A DNA stretch of 64,000 bases from Blepharisma stoltei ATCC 30299 (GCA_965603825.1 CBFDEM010000053.1:558001-622000); one strand, 5' to 3'. Counted from the first letter of the stretch, positions 1-12,873 are shown. Numbers and translations: made by a program. The notes: generated by a model not told the origin, from the sequence alone.

Positions 1-2723
1 ACTGGCATTGAGTTGTCAGCTAGGAATCCTAGAGCTCTAAAAGCCCACATATCATAGAACTTTTCATCCAATTGAAAGAAAATTTCCAAACAAAAAACTA
101 CCCAAAGTGCACATAAAACTATCACTACAATTGCAATTCACCAGAAAACGCCATTTTCAAGCTTGACAAAGCTTTCAAGATCTAAAGACAATGCATCCCC
201 AATATCTGCTATAAATGAATTTAAAGGGCGGATATCAGGCCCCATTGACAGCAGCTGAAAAAACTCTACAGCAATTGTAATGCCCACAATTAAATCTGCG
301 ACTGAAATTTCTTCACTTGTCACAAGTGGCTCAACTTTTCTGTTCCATCATTTTTTCCAGATTATAAAAGTGATAACTGCTGTTATAGCTGCTATAAAAA
401 AGCAAATCCCAAAAACTAATGCCCTACCTTTATAAAAAGTCTGCTTTAATTTATCATCAAATGGGCAATTTGTCCTTGTGACCCTAAAATCTGTAGGTTT
501 ATTAGTTGTTCCATCTGCATATATCATTGGAGTACTTATAGTTAAAATTTTAGAACCACTGGGTGTTAGATATCCTACTGCATAAACAGAGAGTCCTGTT
601 GTTTCATTATAAGAGTTTGATTGAATTGTGAGGCTGCTGAAAAGCCTGTCATTACCTTCGTTTTGTATATACATACTGCCAGTGCACCCTACAAATTTAA
701 CTGTCCTTATTGCTGATTGGACTGTGTAAGGATCAGTATAATCATTTCCGCGATTGATAGTCCAATCCAAAGATGCAGCAATTAAATAAACTGCGTCATA
801 ATAAAGGCAGGCATATGAAGTTGGCTCTGTTTTATATATTGAATAAAGGTCATCATGAACCTGTTTGCCTTTTTTCCCAACGTATAATGATTGAAACGCA
901 ATCATCGATGGGACTCCGACTTCAACTCTTTTATATGTATAATCATCTTTTGCGGCGACTGAAGTAATAAAAATAGGATTAGCTGAAAAAAGAAACACAT
1001 CTCCTTTTCTTAACCCTAAGTCATAAAATACTTCTGCAGAATACTCTCCTAATGGAGATGCTAATCCTAATACAACCAATCTTACATTTAAATCTATAAT
1101 TTCTTGATATACACTATACCAATTTTTAATAGTCTCTCTTGTCAAAACAGCAGGAATTACCTGCAATTTGTTAACAATTTTCAAATTTTGTTTTTCAGCA
1201 GCTAACCTTACATAATATTCTACAGCAATCCCTATGCTGTCATTTTGGTATATAAGAGCTATGCTTGACCAGCCCATCACTTTGAATATCAGCGGAATTT
1301 GTGTATAGGCAAATGAGCTCGGCAAACTTATCCTTGAAAAAAAGGGGAAATTTGATTTATTAGAAAAAGCCACTTCACTACTTGCAGCTCCAACAAGAGG
1401 CATAGTAATATTTAGCTTCTGGAATGTGCTCATTTCGACACGGACTACAGGTGTAGTTGTAGCTACTATGTGAGCTAAGCCGAATTTGTCTTTATCTTTT
1501 GTGAAACAGCTTAAAGAATAGTTTGCGTTTGGGACAGAAGCTCCGCAATCAAAGTGGTTGACATTTAGCTGGAAGTTTTGTAATATATCTTGAGCGTTAT
1601 TTATGTCGTTAACTGAAAGAGTAAGTCCTCTTGTGTTTGTTAATACTGATAGGTTGGGGGACGCGCCATAATTGTAGGCTCCGTCACTTGCGCTGAAGGT
1701 TAGAACTTTTTTCTGAGAGATCGGGATATTAGAAGAGTCCCCTGGGAATATAACAGAGGATATTAATGATAGGCGTTTTTCTGTTATTGCTCCAATAATT
1801 TTTTTCTCATTGTTTTGAATATTTATAAGAGAAAATTCAGTACTACAGTAATGACTTGGGCACTTTTGGGTTAAAACTTTTAAAGATTCGTCTGAGTTCG
1901 AAAAATTTGTTAATGTAAAAATCATGTCTGAGATTGCAGCAGACCAGTATTTTTCATTTGAGTCTACTAACTCTCTACCTTTGTCAACCAATCCTAATGC
2001 TCCTTCAAGATTTGAGCCATAACTGCTCTCTCCGATAAGCAGAATTCCTGTTCCCTTGGTCAAAATTTTAGACTCAACTAAATTTTTTTGAACTTCAATA
2101 GATATTTTTTTATTAGTAAAAACATAAAAAAGAGACGACCCATGCCTCACAATCTCTCTTTGCACGAACCCTTGAATATAAGTATCTGAATTAATTGAAA
2201 TTATCTCTATACTTTGGGAATAATTCCACAGAGATTGCTTTGAATTTAAATACTTTTCGGCATTACTGATTGCAATACCATCAGTTCAATTAAAAAATGT
2301 CAAAGTAGTTACTAAAGCATCGGTTAAGCTTTCTTTAGAGCTTGACAGAGAAAAAGACCAGCTGCTTTGGAAAAGCAGGCTATTAGAAACCACAAAATGG
2401 ACTATAAAATTTTGCTCACAGATAACTGCAATTTCGAACTCGGTATTAAGACTGCAGGTAATATCAAAAATTGCAAGCAAATTCGGATGCATGGAAATTT
2501 CTTCTTTGAGAAAAGAGAAATCACATGCCATAATTTCAACTGGGGTTTGATTTAATATGTTGGTCTGAATATCTGAGATTAAACTTGGGATAATCTCTCT
2601 AGTGAAATCTGAGTAGACAATTAAAACTTCTGATGAGAGATATTGAGGAGCAAAGCTTAAAATCAAAGAGAAGTTGAATAGTTTTATAAGGATATTCGCA
2701 AGAACCACAAATTTGTATTCCAT
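1..2723 (-). CDS. Membrane receptor with Venus-flytrap/ANF-receptor-type ectodomain(s) and multiple TM helices; 3' end runs off the window
   Basis: ORFs 2286-2723, 348-2165 and 138-323 share one frame and are joined by TGA=Trp at 2286, 348 and 138; the frame stays open to base 1. Has an N-terminal hydrophobic signal, the motifs AASSEVAFSNKSNFPFFSR, MGWSSIALIY and YYDAVYLIA, then hydrophobic helices. Confidence 0.8.
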
Positions 2724-3074
2724 TTATTATTATTCTTAATTATAAATTAACAAAAAATCTTTTTTAGTCACCACATTGGAACATGGCCAAGCACTTGTGA
2801 AAGAGTAACTTTTTGTCTAATTGAGTATTTTCTTATAAATGGGAGCACTTTAAAACTATAAGAATATTTTAAGAATTGCCATAGAGTATTGGGGATATCG
2901 AAAATATACTTTGAATTGGTAGAAACAAACTATGTCTTTATAATGGATTATTATCATTATAAGCTATAAGTTAAAATTATGAAAATTACTTTCCATAATA
3001 TAAATTTTATTCTTAGAATATGACATTTTTATAAATACAAGATTATTGAAAACAATTAAATAATGCAATTATGA

Positions 3075-3896
3075 TTAATTCTTGTTATTTTCATTATATA
3101 TTATGGAATCTTTAAATAACATTTTGACAGGTAAATATTGAAAAATAATGTCACTTTGTCGTGAATTTGAATACCAGTCAGGAGAAAACTCAAATCCATT
3201 GGCATTGATTTCATCAAAAGAACCTTCCCGAAACTGAAATTCTCTTAGAATTTTATTGCTCTCAAATTCATGAAAAATTCGTGTGTCCAATATTCTTACC
3301 AAAGAATGATTAATTCTAACATAGCACCTTAGCAGAGCATAGAAGCAATCTTGCATTGCTCGAACTCTCATATAAAAGGTTGAGACCCCTATTTCTTCTA
3401 AAGAATCCTCATAAAATTTTAACTCTGAACTTCATAATATTGGATTATCTTGTCCAAGTCGATGCAAAGGAAGGTTGTCATTAGAAATTTGAAAAATCAC
3501 ATTTTCAGGTAGATCTTTTCTCGGATAAACTGGCCTTAAGCTTCCCTTATAAGGCGTTGAAAAAGTTCAGTCTGTTCTTGTTCCATTTGTATTAAGATTC
3601 AAACTTGGATTTTTAATTGGTCGAGGAACAATATTAATGTGGTCATGCAATAAATTACCCTCTCTATATAGTTTTTCATTTCTTAGTTCAGGCTCACAAA
3701 GCTGCAATGCTGCTTCTGAAGATATAAAATAATTGAATCCAAGATCAGTGTTTTTAAAAGAAACAAAGCTGTTTCCATAAAATGTTTGGGGAATTTTTAT
3801 ACCAGTTTGACGATTGAGTGTAAGGGTTTCGTCTGAGCGGAGTAAGCGACCCCTTTCTACTTCAATGCTCCATTGGCCTGCTCTATATCTTTCCAT
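3075..3896 (-). CDS. TIP41: TIP41/TIPRL-family PP2A regulator (273 aa)
   Basis: Joined through TGA at 3567 and 3432. Motifs IPQTFYGNSF, D-W-TFSTPYKG, KFYEDSL and RVRAMQDCFYALLR; TAA stop. Confidence 0.9.
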
Positions 3897-4532
3897 TTAT
3901 CATTCACTATTTATCTTTTATACCAAACTAATTTTTTGTTTATTAAAGTGCAAAGTTTATTCTTGAGTTTGAAGTACCATTGATTATTAAATTTAATAAA
4001 TAAACCATTTATCGAGAAATTGCTATAAACAAATTATTATAAAATTATAAATAAAATTGCAGCACGTATAAAATGCTAAAAAGATTAAAAAATGGTTTAA
4101 ATTAATTATGGTAGGCTAAGCTTAAATCTTTCCATTGTAAACTTAATTTCAGCTATAGAAGATCTTGAAATGCTCTAATTTATAATCTGAAATAATTTTT
4201 AGATTCTTTTCAAAAATTGCCTATAAATAATGTTTTCTGACACTAATAAAATTCATTAAATTCTATTTATGATCAAACAAAATTATTTATTTATCTAAAA
4301 CCCAGTTTATAAAACTCCAGAATTTTTCTTTGCTGGCTTCTCCAAAATTGATCAAAGATATCCTGTAATTATATTTCGAGAAAGGATCAGGGCATTGCAT
4401 ATTCGCACTTAGAGACTAATTTATTCAGTGTTTCCTCATTCAAAATTTAAATTCTTTATCTACCCTTTTAAACTTCTTGCCTTATTCATATTCCACAATC
4501 GATTTTCAAATATGTTAACATTTAATTCCAAA

Positions 4533-6881
4533 ATGCGTCAATCTCGCCAAGAATTTTCTCGACAAAAACTCGAAGTCTACGGCACAGCTCCTTTGCCCCG
4601 TTTCGGCCATACAATGACTCCAGTCAGCAAGACAAAAATCATACTCTTTGGTGGGGCCACTGGTGACACAGGCAAATACTCAATTACAGGGGACACTTAC
4701 TGCTTTGATATTGTATCGAACACTTGGTCAAGGCTTGACAGGGTCTCTGGAATTTCTCCGTCTCCCCGTGCAGCTCATTCTGCAAGCTCAGTCGAAGCAT
4801 ATCAGATGGTTATCTACGGAGGTGCCACAGGAGGTGGCTCCTTAGCTTCAGATGACCTTTATCTTCTAGACATGAGATCTGGAGAAGATCAAGCTTCATG
4901 GATGATCGTCCCAGTGGTAGGCACAACCCCAGGCAGACGCTACGGGCACACTTTGGTGTTCCAAAAACCTAATTTGCTCGTCTTTGCAGGAAACACCGGG
5001 AATGAGACTGTTAACGATGTGTGAAGCCTAAACGTCGAAAAAGCGCCTTTTACATGGATAAAGCTAAATATTCAAGGAGAAACCCCAAAAGTAAGAGTTT
5101 ATCACTCAGCTTGCTTGTGTTTGACAGGGTCAGCTACAGGAATGATGGTAATTTATGGAGGAAGATGCAATGATCAAGCTGCATTGAATGATACATGGGG
5201 TTTGAGAAGACATAGAGATGGTAGGTGGGACTGGGTAAGAGCTCCATATAAGCCGAATGGAGAGCAGCCAGTGCCTCGATATCAGCATGCGTCCCTCTTT
5301 ATTGGATCTACCATGATGGTGCTTGGAGGCAGGACAAATCAGGTAGGTGAAGTAGTTCCACTTGAAGCCTATGACACAGAAAATAGCGAATGGTTCAAAT
5401 TCAACTCAATCCAAAGATTTCGACATGCCTGCTGGAGCTTAGATTCCGACGTGTACGTTCATGGTGGGTTTGAGCACGAAACACCTAATATCCCAACCGA
5501 TACCATTTTCAAAATTGATACTATAAGGCTTTTTGGAAAAAATGAGCAGCTTATTCCTCGTACTTCAGACCCCACCCCAAAAGCCCAAATAACTAACCTA
5601 GACCAGCAGCGTCCTATTAATAGAGTCCCAAGGAACAACAACAAAACCCCAGAAATCCGTCTTGCAAGCCAAGTCCTTGTATACATGAACGAACAAAGTG
5701 ACGAACCATCTTCTCAGATTAAACGTGTCCCTCTAGAAAGGCTTCAAGAAGAAGGCAAAAGAATCGGCGTCAAAGCACTTCCTCCAGGGATTTCTAAAAG
5801 TACTCAAGAAATTGAAAGCAACAATGAGCAGATCTTAGACCAATTATTCAAATCCCGAGAATGGAGCAGCATCACAGAAACTCGCTTTGCTTTGAGAAAA
5901 GAAATTGTCTTGAGCCTAATCCAAGACTGTGAAAACATTCTAAAAAATGAGCCAAATGTGATCAGAATTAGAGCACCTGTAAAAATATTCGGAAATCTGC
6001 ATGGACAATACATCGACCTTTTAAGGTTTTTTGAGATGTGGGGCGAACCAAGTGATAAAAATAATGAAGGAGATATCGAAAGCTTTGACTACATATTTTT
6101 AGGTGACTATGTAGACAGAGGCAATCGATCCTTAGAAACCATCTGTTTATTGATGTCCTTAAAACTCAAGCATCCAGACCAAATTTTCTTGTTAAGAGGA
6201 CATCATGAAGATATTAGCGTAAACTCGCTTTATGGGTTTGCTGACGAGTGTCGCCAGCGCTTAAATGAAGATACCAATGACCCGAACTCAGTTTACCAAA
6301 AAATCAATAAAATGTTTACATTTTTACCTCTCGCATGTGTAATTGAGGACCGAATCTTGTGTGTTCATGGCGGAGTTGGCCATGGAATTCGCTCTTTGGA
6401 CGAGCTTGATGCAATTCCTAAGCCAATCGAAGTAGCTCAGAACGCAACTTTACAAGACCAGCAAATTTTGATGGATGTTTTGTGGTCAGACCCATGTGAA
6501 AAAGAAAATGAAATGGGTTTCAAGGCTAACACTGCAAGAGACTCAACAGGTAGCAGAAATATTGTGAAATTTGGAGCTGATAGACTACAGAGATTTTTAA
6601 CTGATAATAGGCTATCAATGGTAATCAGATCCCATGAGTGTGTTATGGAAGGATATGATAGAAATTCTCAAGGTGATTTAATAACTGTTTTTTCTGCAAC
6701 TGATTATTGTGGAAAATATAAAAATGCAGCTGCGATTTTAGTGGTGAAGAGGAGTATGGAAATTGTTCCAAGATTAATATATCCACTGAATAACTCCAAT
6801 GAAAGCTGGATAGATAATGAAGAAAGTTTAAGAAGAAGGCCAGCAACTCCTCCAAGGTGGAAATCAAGCAAGCTTAAATAA
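4533..6881 (+). CDS. Kelch-repeat PPP phosphatase (PPKL/BSU1 family), about 782 aa
   Basis: Kelch repeats (PRFGHT, PRAAHS, RRYGHT, PRYQHA) and TGA 5022 = W in NDV-W-SL. PPP domain with LGDYVDRG, HGG, LWSDP, RSHE and SATDYCG. Alternative ATG at 4512. Confidence 0.92.
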
Positions 6882-7258
6882 GTTATTAGATATTATATAA
6901 ATATTAATATGCTTTCAATTATAATTTCTCCAATGATTAACGGATCGGCATTTTATATATCAAAAGAGAGATAGCATGATATAAGTTTATCTGATTAATA
7001 TTTATGCTAACATAAAGTTTACTTATTGAAACTTAAATGGATATATAAATCTCTATATTTAACCTGCTTTAAAGGCATTCATCCTTCAAATTATTTTTTA
7101 TTTATAGAGTCTCGTAAAATATCTCTAACTAGGGTTAATTATTTTAAAGATTATATGGCATTGAAGTATAATATTAATAATTTCACAAAAAAATATTTTA
7201 TAATAAAGATAATGGGCATTTAATTGAATATATGTTAAAATAGAAAAAAAAGCTATCA

Positions 7259-8997
7259 TTATATTTCAATCATAAGTTTTTGATGCAAATCAAACTTATA
7301 ATATCTCTTATTCGAGCTATTTGCGATATAAACTCCTCCTTTGTTATATACACAATAAGCCTGAGAAGGAAATTTGAACTCAATTATTGAACTCGCAATC
7401 TGTTTCCAAGTATATTCATCTCCCAATCCACTCTCATAGATCTTCCCATTCCCACACTCAATCAAATATAGTCTTTCTGCATTTATCAGAATCTTTCTTT
7501 TCCGCTCTGCAAATTCATAAGGAATTGTATTGAAAGAGTCATTTTCAATTGAATACAGCAAAAGATTACTATCTCTATATCTAGAAATCAAAAAAATTTG
7601 TTTAAATATAACCAAATGACAGCCATCATCAGCTCTTGGCATCGGAGTTAATTTAATTCAACAATTTTGGTCCAAATCAAATCTTTCTGACAATTTTAAA
7701 GCTTTTTTCCCGTTGGATCCTCCAAAACAATAGACAGATCTGTTGAAATAGATTGCTGATGAGAGTGAGACAGGCTGCCCAGAAGGCAACGCTTGAACTT
7801 GGAAATCGCTAGAAATTTTTAAGGTTATTCCAGAAAGCTGGCTATTGCCAAAACAGAATAACTCACCATCTGGAAGTTGAGCTATACATGTGTTATAATC
7901 TAAAAGCTCTGGAGTTTCTAGTATTTTTGATTCTTCTATATGGGTTTCAGTGTCATAAATGAACAAATTAGTTTTATTGTTAGCATCGTTTATATGATAA
8001 AGGGATGCCATCTGATGGTAAGGATTCATAGATTCTTGAAAAGTTTGGTTTAAAGCTGTATCATAGCTTTGGCTTCTATACAGCGCACAAGTATTTCTGA
8101 AATTTTTCTCTATTTTTTGGCTATTAGGACTGCATAAAATTTCAGATTTTTTAATGTTTAATTCTTCAGGATTCTGGCTCAAGGAATAGCTTTGATTTAG
8201 GCTAATTTCATTTATTTTATTTCAAGCTCTTCTACAGCTGAATTAAATTCAGAAATAAGAACAACAACTTGATTTTGAGTTTTTAGCTGAATCTTTTCTA
8301 TTCAATTTTCAAATTCCGTTTTATTTTTTTCATTCTCTTCAGCTAGCTTAGATATCAATTGATTTACCTCTTCTAGCTTTTCCTTGATTATTTTATCATG
8401 CTCTTCAAGTTTGTTTTCAATAATCAAGAGCTTTTGACCAAGAAATCTTTCAACTTTTTCTTTGATGGAGTTTTCAATAATCCTTTCAATTTCTTCACTC
8501 AATCCACAAAACAGCTTAATGCTGCTGTGTGAACTTGAGTTTATTGGAACCATTGTTTTCAAACTCTCAACGGCAACATCAGGCTGCAAAGTCAATAGCT
8601 TCAAAAGAGGATCCTGCTCTTGTATGGGAATAATTTTAGTCTGGGAAATCTTTTCGAAACAGCTACTTATTACTGCTGACTCAGAATCCAGCTTTTTTAC
8701 GTATTCTTCAAGACTATTTTCTGAACTGCAAAGATGCTGACTAAAAGATGATAAGATCTTATGCTTTAATTTATCTTTTTTGGACTTTTCTTTTGCAAGA
8801 AATCCAAGAACTGCATCTTTAGTTCCTTCGCAAGACTCCAGAAAAATAGATTCAAAGTTATGGGCTCTATTTGGCAATTTGCAATGTTTACCAAAATGGA
8901 ATTCACAAGAGTAGGTTGCAGGGGATGAGCATTTGCATACATAATGAACTTCATTAGTGCAGCTTTGTTCGAAACATTGTTTGGCATCCATCTCCAT
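7259..8997 (-). pseudogene. B-box-like Zn finger + coiled coil + Kelch-like protein with one frameshift near 8212-8218 (pseudogene or assembly indel)
   Basis: Cys/His-rich N-terminus. The frame passes TGA 8302 and stops at TAA 8212-8214. The Kelch half (FCFGN, YCFGG, TGA 7658=W) lies in another frame; one extra A in the A-run would fuse the two. Confidence 0.65.
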
Positions 8998-9560
8998 GGC
9001 AGGCTTTGAAGATTAATTATTAAGAGTTTATTCCTACATTTCCTCATCTATATTATTTAGAATATGGTAGGAAGATTTATTTAGCTCTATAGATGCTATA
9101 TTTTATTGGCAGAGAATTGGTAGGAAATCTAACGTAAACTTCAAAACTTTCTAAATTAAAAATTGCAGTGGTCTATATTTTTTATTAAAATATTCCAAAG
9201 AAATTAGATATATTAAATCTATGTATCAAAATTTCAATTATTTTTGAGATTAAAGCCTCTTGGAAAAACGAAAGTATATTACATTTCAAAAGATTTGAAA
9301 ATATCTTTTAAGTTCTTTTAGAAAATAAAGAAAGCAAATTCAATGACTTCCCAATCGATGCCACATCATTTTAGCTATTTTTCTTGTTTTAAATAATGCA
9401 GAAAAATTTTGAAGTACCAATGAGTTGAATTTTTTTTGATATTTGTTATGCTTTCTCAACCAATTTCCAAAAATTTCAAAAATTTAATGGATCATGGATT
9501 AATTTTTGGTCGAATTTATTTATTAAGATAATCAAGATCAACTTATTTCTATGTTTCCAA

Positions 9561-10403
9561 TTATTTTTTCTTTTTATATTTTTGCTTCTGTTTATTTTCT
9601 TCAACATTATTTTCAGTAGTTTTTTGTCCTCCTTTTTCATTGATAATTTTCTTTGAATTTTGCTTAAAGCTTTCTTTATTTTCCTCATCTTGCTCCTCTT
9701 TTTTCCCTATATCGCTTTGTTTGTGCTCATTATGTTTGCCTTTATCTTTGTTTCAGTGCTGCTGCTTCTGATTTCCTTTATTCCCCTTATATACAATAGG
9801 TACTCTTTGTTCTGGCTCATTCTGGCTTGTTTGTGCTTGGCTTGTAGAAATTTCCTTTTTTTCCTCCTCTTGTTCATTATGCTTGCCTTTATCTTTATTT
9901 CAGTGTTGCTTTTGATTTCCTTTATTCCCCTTATAAACAATAGGCACCCTTTGTTCTGGCTCATTCTGAGCTTGATTTGTTGCTTCTTTGTTTTCTTCTC
10001 TTCCCTTCTTATTCCCCCAATCATTTTTCTTTCAAACAATAGGCACTCTCTGTTCCCTTTCTAAAGCCTTCTCAGCTGGCAACCCTGTTCCGCTATTTAT
10101 CGGTCCTCTTAAATTTGGATCAACTTTTTTAACTTTTGGCTTTATCTCTCTGGGTTCAGGAAATTCAAGAGCTTCATCTTCTTCTCTTTTCTTGGTTTCC
10201 ACTTTTTTCATAACTATTGGAATTCTTTGTCCTCCTACTTTCTGCTGCTCAATTATCTCATCAGGTGACGGCTTCATGAAAGCTTCAATAATTTGTTGTT
10301 CCTTAGGTCTTAACAATTCATCAAGAAGATTCGTAAGGATAGTTTGTCTCTTTTGAAAGGCGCTAGGAGTAGGTTGATTAACTTGTTCGAAAAATACACT
10401 CAT
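9561..10403 (-). CDS. Hydrophilic K/E/Q/N-rich protein with internal repeats (280 aa)
   Basis: ORF 10032-10403 continues through three TGAs to TAA at 9561; repeated EQRVPIV...HWNKDKGKHNE. Confidence 0.75.
9725..9972. repeat. Two about 100-nt near-identical copies about 147 nt apart, inside the CDS
   Basis: tcattatg(c/t)ttgcctttatcttt...ttccccttata...ctttgttctggctcattctg occurs at about 9727 and about 9874; a third partial copy at about 10032-10060. Confidence 0.85.
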
Positions 10404-10565
10404 AATTTAAGTTTTAAAGAAAATATAATGGTTTAGATTGGTATATTCGGGAAAATATTTACTGGAAAATTATAAAAACGATATATGAAGAAGACGAAAT
10501 GAGCCTTTATCTGGTGATAAAGGCAGAAATTTTAGATAAATCTCAATAAGCGAAGAATACTTAAA

Positions 10566-11732
10566 TTATTGGTCAACTGCAGGACCAGTCTTTTGTTCTA
10601 TAGGTCTTCCATATTGATCAAGAAGACCAGCAAGTATCATTTGTCTTTTTTGTAGGGCACGAGGGCCCAGACCCCACCTGCGAGGGTAAGTTTCTCTGTC
10701 CATAATCACTCTTTTAATTTTAGCGACACATCCATGGTCGCAGTCAGCCATGACAGCTGTGGTCATTTCCGCGATTCCAATAGCCACTGCTTCTCCTTTT
10801 GTAGTCATGATCACTACTTCTTTTCCGACCTCAATGCCGTCCTCATATCTCAGAACTCCAGGAATCATGAGTTTTGCACCATAACAAACAGCATTGACAC
10901 TGCTATCTTTTATCACGATTCTTGGAAAAGTAATTAAGAGGTATTCTAATGGCAGGACAACTCTTCTGAGATAAGTCTCATCACCTGTGTGCTCATAAAC
11001 CCATTGGGCGTCCAGGACATCGTGCATTGTGACCATGTTTTCGTCTTCGTGCATGTTGCCTGACCTTACCCTTCTGAGTTCTTGCATGTGACCTCCAACT
11101 CCAAGTAATAGTCCTAAGTGGACACACATGGTTCTAACGTATGTTCCGGCTTCGCAGCTGATCCAAAAGACAGCCAAATCTTTTTCCTCGTTGACATCAA
11201 GAAGTTTTGCTTCATAAATTGTCCTAATTCTAAGCTCTCTTTTGACTGCTGCAATGAGTGGAGGCTTTTGGAAGCAAGGCCCTGTTAATTGAGCTAAGGC
11301 TTTGGCAATGCTTTTCTCGCTTTCTACTGGCTGGTGGAAGCGAACAACGGCCACGTACTCTTTCCCAGAGGATTGCTGGCTTTTTACAAGTCTTGTGGTC
11401 CTGTTGATGCAAACGATGAGACATCCTGTGACCTTGGGATCAAGTGTCCCACTGTGCCCAGTTTTTTCGACTTTGAGGATCTTTTTGACCCAGGCAACAA
11501 CTTCGTGAGAGGAGGGGTTTGATGGCTTGTCCAAATTGATGAACCCGTACTTGAGATACTCTGGAAGAGGTCTCGAAAGAGGGGAGTGGCCAGCTGGAAT
11601 TGGGGTGTAATGATGAGTTCTCACGTGAAGCTTGTCGATGTTCTAATTGGCAAGTACCTTTAGCAAAAGAGGCCAGCGAGATGTATCTGGGGTAGGAGCT
11701 GATTGATCCTTTGGTTCCAAGAAATCACTCAT
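10566..11732 (-). CDS. CBF5: Dyskerin/Cbf5 H/ACA pseudouridine synthase (383 aa, one intron)
   Basis: Motifs [27 protein letters not shown] and a PUA domain. N-terminus [10 protein letters not shown]|NIDKL is restored by removing intron 11643-11657. Confidence 0.97.
11643..11657 (-). other. 15-nt spliceosomal intron
   Basis: GTACTTGCCAATTAG; A at position 10; removes an in-frame TAG and restores the conserved WPLLLKN. Confidence 0.93.
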
Positions 11733-12210
11733 AATGGACTATAATTTAAACATGGAAGGGACTTAAGAGCTCACTTAAAGTTTGGATTGCAGGTGCAGTT
11801 TGGATCAAGTTTGATTAGATATTATAAAAATTATAATCATAGATACAGGGATGAGTTTAAAAAGCTATTATTGAATTATTTTGATAAAATTGGCTATTCT
11901 TTACTGCCAATTCTTTTTTTGGTTATTATTTGTGGATTAATTAGGCTTGGCAGCATAATGAATATTTTTCATTAATTAAACTTTTCCTATTAATCTATAA
12001 AGAGAGACATTAACTATTCAACTGCTCTTTACAATAAGATAACTAATCCTTTAAGTACAATTTTTAATCATACAGTAGCTTTGACTATCTCTAGCAAGTA
12101 ATAACTGTTTTTTGGCATGCAAATGATAAGAGCTTAAATTTTAAAATAATAATGCCTATTAACTTGCAATAAAAGTATATAAGATAGATAAAGTAGATAG
12201 AACTTTTAAT

Positions 12211-12723
12211 ATGGAAGATAAACGAAATGCTAGCTTACCTCAATCAAGTGGTGATTCGGCCGAAAGAATCCCGGAAGTCTATCCACCAATAAGCAGAAAG
12301 CAAAGTATATTTAAAAAACACCCCTCTAACTACTCCACCCAGCAAGAGCCAACCTCCCCTAATGTTAAAAACAAAAAGAAATCAAAATGTCGCCGAGGCA
12401 ATTCTATAGTCCCAATTAACGAAAGTGAAAAAAATGACGAGGAAGAAAACTTAATCCAAGAACCCGATTTAAGGCGCTTTCAAACCGAAAGAGGCAATCC
12501 TAATGAAAATCGCTACACAAGTATAGCTCGCAGCCGAACCACTAGTGACCATCATGGTCAGGCACAAAGAATCATCAAAGTTGCACGTTGTCCTCAGTGC
12601 AACCGACTTTCCTACTTTGAAAACGATGTCTGTTGCTATTGCAAACATCAAGGAAGCGATGGTCCAAAAGTTAAATCGTTTCTATTTATATCAGCATTTT
12701 GCTGCTGCTTACTATCAGAATAA
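12211..12723 (+). CDS. Hypothetical protein, disordered N-terminus, Cys-rich C-terminus
   Basis: 170-aa ORF with CPQC..CCYC and FCCC; TAA stop. Confidence 0.7.
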   Translation: MEDKRNASLPQSSGDSAERIPEVYPPISRKQSIFKKHPSNYSTQQEPTSPNVKNKKKSKCRRGNSIVPINESEKNDEEENLIQEPDLRRFQTERGNPNENRYTSIARSRTTSDHHGQAQRIIKVARCPQCNRLSYFENDVCCYCKHQGSDGPKVKSFLFISAFCCCLLSE

Positions 12724-12873
12724 GCACTATTTAAATTATTTAGTTTTGTAATAAATAATATCACTTTTTAAATTTAAAGAATTTAGGAGAGTTCTAGAAA
12801 ATATGTGTATTTGCAATAATTTATCTTGAAATTTATAATTAAAAAAGGGGGAACTAAATTTCTTATAATTTAT

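Noticed and set aside
9660-10064. Hydrophobic plus-strand ORF and alternative-frame ORFs 9707-10039 and 9476-9688
   Set aside because: These are antisense or frame shadows of the purine-rich repeat CDS 9561-10403.
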